A stretch of DNA of 21,313 nucleotides from Chloroflexota bacterium (lineage in GTDB: Bacteria > Chloroflexota > Dehalococcoidia > Lucifugimonadales > UBA3495), in contig JAQBVF010000038.1 of assembly GCA_027623675.1 (NCBI GenBank), positions 1 through 21,313 on the forward strand, in the 5' to 3' direction. Shown here piece by piece: positions 16,744 through 21,313 of the stretch. Numbering within the stretch: position 1 is the first letter of the stretch; every line of letters begins with the position of its first letter. The notes beneath the pieces were generated by a model that did no database searches, was not told the origin of the DNA, and saw only the letters and a list, made by a program, of their open reading frames with translations. Made by a program: the position numbers and the translations under genes.

Positions 16744-17367
16744 TTAGTTTTTAATATCCAGCGCAGCCAGAGCAGCCCGCTCCTTGGACTGCATCAATGC
16801 TGTTTCGTCTGGTTCCAGGTGGTCGTGGCCGGTCAGGTGCAGTACTCCATGTACTACCAGAAGGGCCAGCTCATGTTCAAGGGGCGCGCCCTGCTCTTCC
16901 GCCTGACGTTTCGCCTGAGGGTAGGACACGATAACCTCGCCCAGGGGTGAAGGCTCTCCAGGCGGCATGATGAAATCGAAGCTGCCCAGATCCTCGTCTG
17001 TCCCAACCTCGGGCGGTTCATCCTCGCCCTCCCAATGGCCGGGATGATCGGCGGAGAAGGACAAAACATCCGTCACCTCGTCCAACCCCCGGTATTGGGC
17101 ATTAAGTGTGCGGACGGTGTCGTCATCGGTGATGACCAGGCTCAACTGCGCGGTCTCAGTTTCGTCGAACTCGTCGTCTAGGGCCACGTCCAGCGCCGCC
17201 GCCGCTATCCTCATCAGCCATTCATCCGCAACGCCTGAGTCTGCGGACGCTCCGCCCGTTAGATCGGTGGATGCGTTCGCATCGTACCCCAGAATATCGC
17301 TGAGGATGCTGGCGGCAAATGGTTCATCTACGGATAGGTAGACCTGCCGGTCGTGTTGGCTGCTCAA
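16744..17367 (-). CDS. ybeY: rRNA maturation endoribonuclease YbeY
   Basis: LNAQYRG...TDVLSF, LGEVIVS, HGVLHLTGHDH metal motif. Confidence 0.95.
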   Translation of the reverse strand: MSSQHDRQVYLSVDEPFAASILSDILGYDANASTDLTGGASADSGVADEWLMRIAAAALDVALDDEFDETETAQLSLVITDDDTVRTLNAQYRGLDEVTDVLSFSADHPGHWEGEDEPPEVGTDEDLGSFDFIMPPGEPSPLGEVIVSYPQAKRQAEEQGAPLEHELALLVVHGVLHLTGHDHLEPDETALMQSKERAALAALDIKN

Positions 17368-17752
17368 ATACGAGTCTCGGGCCTCGGGGAGAGGCGAATC
17401 TGCGCCTGAAATTGAGGCTGAAGCGGCTGAGGCAATGATAGCACGGTGATTGGAACAGGGACAAGAAGCGGCGTGCCGGCAGCCACCGCATAATGCCGCA
17501 TATGGGCTGTCATCTGCCAGTTATCGGCTTATTCGCCCGGTGTGGAAAAAGGTGGCGGCGTTGACCAGATGGAATCTCGCTCGCCGCAAACCCGCGCCGA
17601 AACCTGAGACACCCGCCGCCACCGGCGGTTATGCCTGAAAGCTGCCCACTGACAGCCGCAAGCCAGACCCGGCAGTTGCGAACCCATCCAGATGTGCGGG
17701 CATCAAATCATCGTTCCGTCAGGTTTCAGTTCGGGTTCGAGGAGGTTTGTCC

Positions 17753-18418
17753 ATGGCCAAGGGCCGGCGAAGAAAGAGCGGACGCGTCTCTGCCGCAGCC
17801 AAGCAGGGCGCGAAAGCCCAGCAGAAGAAATTGATGAATTACGGCTTGGGCGTGGTGGCGGCGGTTGCCATCGTCGTCGTGGTCGTATTCGCAGTGGCCT
17901 CCAGCAGCGGCAGCAGCGGCGTGGGGGCTGACGCTCCCGATTTTAATTTCAGCCTGTATCAGGGCGTGAAAGAGATCGGATTCCGTGAAGGCAACCTGGC
18001 CCAGATTCAGGGTAAGCCTTTGGTGCTGAACTTCTGGGCCGGATCGTGTCCGCCTTGCCGGGCCGAGATGCCCCAGTTCCAGGCGTTCTACGAAGACTCC
18101 AAAGATGATGTCATGCTGTTGGGCATCGACATCGGGCCATTCACCGGTTTAGGTCCCGGTTTAGGTTCCGGTTTAGGTTCCAATGAAGACGCCGACGAAT
18201 CATTGCGTGAGTTGGGCGTGACCTATCCGGCAGGCTGGACCGACGACTCGAGCGTGCCCCGGAAATACGGAGTGACGGCCATGCCGACCACGGTTTTCAT
18301 CAACTCTAACGGCGAGATCTTCGACAAAAGCGTGGGCGCGATCGACGCCGCCTTCCTGACCCGCGTCACCCGGGAGTTATTGGCTGCGGAGGCGACGGAA
18401 ATGGCGCAGGCGCCTTAA
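17753..18418 (+). CDS. Membrane-anchored TlpA/ResA-type thiol-disulfide oxidoreductase
   Basis: Basic N-terminus, one TM helix, GKPLVLNFWAGSCPPCRAEMP, MPTTVFI cis-Pro loop; GAGGAGG RBS before ATG 17753. Confidence 0.9.
   Translation: MAKGRRRKSGRVSAAAKQGAKAQQKKLMNYGLGVVAAVAIVVVVVFAVASSSGSSGVGADAPDFNFSLYQGVKEIGFREGNLAQIQGKPLVLNFWAGSCPPCRAEMPQFQAFYEDSKDDVMLLGIDIGPFTGLGPGLGSGLGSNEDADESLRELGVTYPAGWTDDSSVPRKYGVTAMPTTVFINSNGEIFDKSVGAIDAAFLTRVTRELLAAEATEMAQAP
18144..18179 (+). repeat. In-frame 12-bp tandem repeat x3
   Basis: CCGGTTTAGGTC / CCGGTTTAGGTT / CCGGTTTAGGTT, encoding GLGP-GLGS-GLGS. Confidence 0.93.
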
Positions 18419-18870
18419 CCGGCGTGCCAGACTTTGTGCTTGAACTCTTCTCCGACCAGGGTGTTGGCCGCTGCGCTATCCATGTCGATGGCGAAGCAAT
18501 GGAATTCCATGTCCCCCGAAGGTAGGTCGATCTTCTCGGACATGGCCTTGATGTAACTTTGGCGTTCTGCCGTGTCTGTTACCTCAACCGCGCGGCCGTA
18601 GACCTTGAACTCGCCCTCACTGGCGAGCCGGTCTGAGACGGCGTTGTGGATGGAGCAGCGGGCGTCCCTAAGCAGGTCGAGGGCCTTTCGGGAGCGCCAC
18701 ATCATGCCCAGGTAAAGCTGCCCGTTGAAGAACAGTGGTTCCACCGGTGATATTCGCGGCCAGCCGTTCTTCCGCAGGGTTGCCAGCAGCACCAGGCCGT
18801 TGCGGTCCAGCCGCTCCTGTCCCAACGCAGCCAATTCAGGTTCTTGCTGGGCAAATTCTTGCCATGTCAT
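18415..18870 (-). CDS. Pyridoxamine 5'-phosphate oxidase-like split-barrel protein (flavin/F420-binding type)
   Basis: LATLRKNGWPRISPV, SRKALDLLRDARCSIH, EFKVYGRAVEV; GGGAGGA RBS before ATG 18870. Its stop shares TTAA with the TlpA stop. Confidence 0.88.
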   Translation of the reverse strand: MTWQEFAQQEPELAALGQERLDRNGLVLLATLRKNGWPRISPVEPLFFNGQLYLGMMWRSRKALDLLRDARCSIHNAVSDRLASEGEFKVYGRAVEVTDTAERQSYIKAMSEKIDLPSGDMEFHCFAIDMDSAAANTLVGEEFKHKVWHAG

Positions 18871-18933
18871 GCCGCGTCCTCCCACAATCTATCCCGTGTA
18901 CACCAAAGGGTACACCGGTGCGTCAACCGCCGT

Positions 18934-18962
18934 TTGACAGCCCTCCATCAAACTCCAATAAT
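18934..18962 (+). promoter_or_regulatory. Sigma70-type promoter for the DUF2235 gene
   Basis: TTGACA-N17-AATAAT, about 56 bp upstream of the ATG. Confidence 0.6.
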
Positions 18963-19018
18963 GCCAGAAATTTCGTCCCAGTAGCATCTATTCAGTAGGA
19001 TTCTTCGCGAAAGGGGGA

Positions 19019-20080
19019 ATGATGGCAAAACGGATAGCTATATTCTCTGACGGCACTTGGAACACACCAGAGCAGGCCCATCCCACCAACGTGATTCGCC
19101 TGCACGATGTCACGCTTGAGCGAGGCTCTGACGGCGTGGCCCAAGCCAGGTTCTACGACCGGGGGGTCGGAGCCGACGGCAACCGGCTGCAGCGGGCGCT
19201 GGGAGGTGTGTCAGGGAGAGGGCTGGACAAGAATATCCTGGATGGTTACCGCTTTCTGGTCGAAAACCATGAAGCGGACGACGAGATATATCTCTTTGGG
19301 TTCAGCCGTGGCGCCTACACTGCCCGGAGCCTGGTTGGCCTGATCCGCAATTGCGGGCTGCTGACCAAAGAGCACGCCGGTATGGCCGACGCCGCCATGA
19401 AATTGTATCGAAAGAGGAAGAAGAACTCAGACCCCTATTCGGGGGCGGCCCAGCGGTTCAGGGACCGGTATTCCAAGACGACTGGAATCCGGTTTCTGGG
19501 AGTCTGGGATACGGTGGGAGCGCTAGGGGTCCCGGTTCGGGGTCTGGGCCATCTTTTGAATTGGCGTTACAAGTTCCACGACGTTGACCTGAGTGGGACC
19601 GTTAACCACGCCTATCACGCCGTGTCGGTGGACGAAAGGCGAGGCGCGTTCAAACCCTCGCTCTGGTCTCACACCGGCAAGCCAGACCAGACCGTTGAGC
19701 AGGTGTGGTTCGCCGGCGTACACAGCGAGGTCGGCGGCGGGAGTTCAGATACCGGCCTGCCGGACATCGCCTTCATGTGGATGATGCATAAAGCCCAGGC
19801 GTGTGGCTTGGAGTTCGACCAAGAGGCGATCGCGGAGCGCATCCACCCATCGTGGTCTGGCGAACTGCGCGGCGGGCTGCGGGGATTTTACAAGTTTCTA
19901 TCGAGCCACACCCGCCAAGTGGGTAACCCCAAGTTTGCCAGCGAGGCCGTCCACCGGGACGCGGTTATCCGGATGGTGACCGGCGACCCCGTGTATAACG
20001 CGCCCAACTTAAAGCGATACCTGGATGGTCCCGAACCTCAGGTCGCGGAGCCTGGCCCCTATCCCAGTGTCGGGTCGTAG
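19019..20080 (+). CDS. DUF2235 (Tle1-like) alpha/beta hydrolase
   Basis: IFSDGTWN, TNV, YDRGVG, LFGFSRGAYTARSL nucleophile motif, GVWDTVG, HAVSVDERR, QVWFAGVHSEVGGG. Confidence 0.93.
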   Translation: MMAKRIAIFSDGTWNTPEQAHPTNVIRLHDVTLERGSDGVAQARFYDRGVGADGNRLQRALGGVSGRGLDKNILDGYRFLVENHEADDEIYLFGFSRGAYTARSLVGLIRNCGLLTKEHAGMADAAMKLYRKRKKNSDPYSGAAQRFRDRYSKTTGIRFLGVWDTVGALGVPVRGLGHLLNWRYKFHDVDLSGTVNHAYHAVSVDERRGAFKPSLWSHTGKPDQTVEQVWFAGVHSEVGGGSSDTGLPDIAFMWMMHKAQACGLEFDQEAIAERIHPSWSGELRGGLRGFYKFLSSHTRQVGNPKFASEAVHRDAVIRMVTGDPVYNAPNLKRYLDGPEPQVAEPGPYPSVGS

Positions 20081-20332
20081 GACCGGATCCGCGGTTGCTC
20101 CGAACGAAGCGAACGCTCCAGCCAGCACAGCGACGGCTTATATAACTGGCAGGCGAACAGACCAAGATGTGGTGCCGTTCCGATCCATCTACGGCATTAC
20201 TGTTCCTAAGACCGGCCTGATTTCGTAGACAGGCACGGGAACAGCTTGGATAATCTGGACATACTATGTCGTATAGACCTATAAAACATTTATTGCGCCA
20301 TAGTTTTTGCTATTACGACGTGGAGCAGTATT

Positions 20333-20923
20333 ATGACGACACAACCGGTGAGAAGGCGTATCGATGAGGAGATTCAAGACGTCATCGAGGGCCTGGCAGC
20401 GATAAATTGGACTCCGGCGCAGATACACCGTGAACTGTCAAAAAGGCAAGAACTAAAACCGCCTCTCCCTACCCTCCGCACCGTCCAGCGTATCGTCAAG
20501 GAAGCCACGCCCAAAGACCCGTCGGGCCCTTGGAATCTGGCCAAGAGCGACACCGAACACAGCAGGATCATCCTCGACCTGATAGCGTATCTGATCAACC
20601 GTACCGAAGGCAGGATCCACTCGATCACCGAGAAGGAGGCAGAATGGTACGTGAAGGTCCATTTCGCCGCCCCTGACCTGGAAATCTCCAGCGCCTGGCT
20701 CTTGACCCGCACCTACATGCGGCGCAGCGAAGGGTATTCCTCCACCGAGGCCATGGACGCCTATCTGGCGCTGAAACCGTGGGCATCCAAAGAACTTCAA
20801 GACGGTTACAGCAATTTCGTCAAACAGAATCCCAATCTGCGGTATTCAAGCGACCCCTGGTCGCTGGGCAAGGATTCATCCGGAAGCATGACGGCTATCG
20901 TCCACAGTCCGGACGTCTCGTAG
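20333..20923 (+). CDS. Hypothetical protein with an N-terminal helix-turn-helix
   Basis: GGAG RBS; WTPAQIHRELSK...PTLRTVQRIV is HTH-like; the rest is unrecognised. Confidence 0.7.
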   Translation: MTTQPVRRRIDEEIQDVIEGLAAINWTPAQIHRELSKRQELKPPLPTLRTVQRIVKEATPKDPSGPWNLAKSDTEHSRIILDLIAYLINRTEGRIHSITEKEAEWYVKVHFAAPDLEISSAWLLTRTYMRRSEGYSSTEAMDAYLALKPWASKELQDGYSNFVKQNPNLRYSSDPWSLGKDSSGSMTAIVHSPDVS

Positions 20924-21167
20924 GCCGCGCCTTTTCGATCCCCAACGGCCAAACACGGGCAACAGGCGGCGGGCCAATGCCACGTGGCTGGCCCTGTCTT
21001 GCGATTTGTTGGTCTGAACGGTGCAATCCCTGAACACCTGCTCTGCTGGGACGATCGCCGGCTGAAGACGATCTGGCGTTCATCCGGCCGAGCGGACTCC
21101 ACCAGGTCGAAACACCGCCCGCGGACTCTGATTCGGCCCAACCCGCCTGGCGGCCCGTGAGCGAAAC

Positions 21168-21211
21168 CGATAGAAAAAGCCCCTGGAATCAACCAGGGGC
21201 CTTTTCTATCG
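21168..21211. terminator. Intrinsic terminator downstream of tRNA-Glu (likely bidirectional)
   Basis: CGATAGAAAAAGCCCCTGG-AATCAA-CCAGGGGCCTTTTCTATCG inverted repeat. Confidence 0.88.
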
Positions 21212-21220
21212 CCGATTTTC

Positions 21221-21299
21221 TGGTACCCCGGATGGGCTTCGATCCCATGATCTCCACCTTGAAAGGGTGGCGTCCTGGACCAGGCTAGACGACCGGGGC
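21221..21299 (-). tRNA. tRNA-Glu(TTC), CCA encoded
   Basis: GCCCCGG-TC-GTC-TAGCCTGGTCCAG-GAC-G-CCACC-CTTTCAA-GGTGG-AGATC-ATGGG-ATCGAAG-CCCAT-CCGGGGT-A-CCA. Confidence 0.93.
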
Positions 21300-21313
21300 A
21301 CTCGGACATTCTA

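Noticed and set aside
17450..17638. 62-aa ORF in the ybeY-tlpA spacer
   Set aside because: TTG start, weak RBS and no recognisable motif; unsupported without a homology search.
18909..18918. GGTACACCGG, 9/10 match to the tRNA-Glu 3' end (possible attR)
   Set aside because: Too short and imperfect to separate from chance in GC-rich DNA.
20806..21309. 167-aa minus-strand ORF
   Set aside because: Runs through tRNA-Glu and its terminator; spurious.
1..21313. CRISPR array, intact transposase or intact integrase
   Set aside because: No repeat-spacer pattern or complete mobile-element ORF seen; the other overlapping ORFs are GC-rich alternative-frame artefacts.

Overview
GC-rich bacterial chromosome segment, most like Chloroflexota (Dehalococcoidia/SAR202-type gene mix; inference, not a database hit). 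Left to right: a DUF5666-like lipoprotein running off the left edge (missing from the ORF track), a small membrane protein, an Eis-type acetyltransferase, a frameshifted receiver-domain pseudogene, tRNA-Thr(CGT), a minus-strand LysR / FAD oxidoreductase / MetE-core cluster, a short Tag-like glycosylase, a GMC oxidoreductase, biotin carboxyl carrier + biotin carboxylase, and a minus-strand ybeY-dnaX-ybaB-[TPR]-[PIN]-recR-recO run. Then come a TlpA redoxin, a PPOX-like protein, a DUF2235 hydrolase, an HTH protein and tRNA-Glu(TTC). The main candidate for a new system is a lower-GC two-gene cassette inside dnaX-ybaB-recR. It encodes a VapC-type PIN nuclease with all four catalytic acids, preceded by a TPR protein whose last ~33 residues resemble a toxin-binding antitoxin tail. 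This suggests a sensor-fused toxin-antitoxin or defence module. Secondary candidates are an epsilon-subunit-like peptide fused to the biotin carboxylase, a possible decayed integrative element at tRNA-Glu, and atypical T-arms in both tRNAs.
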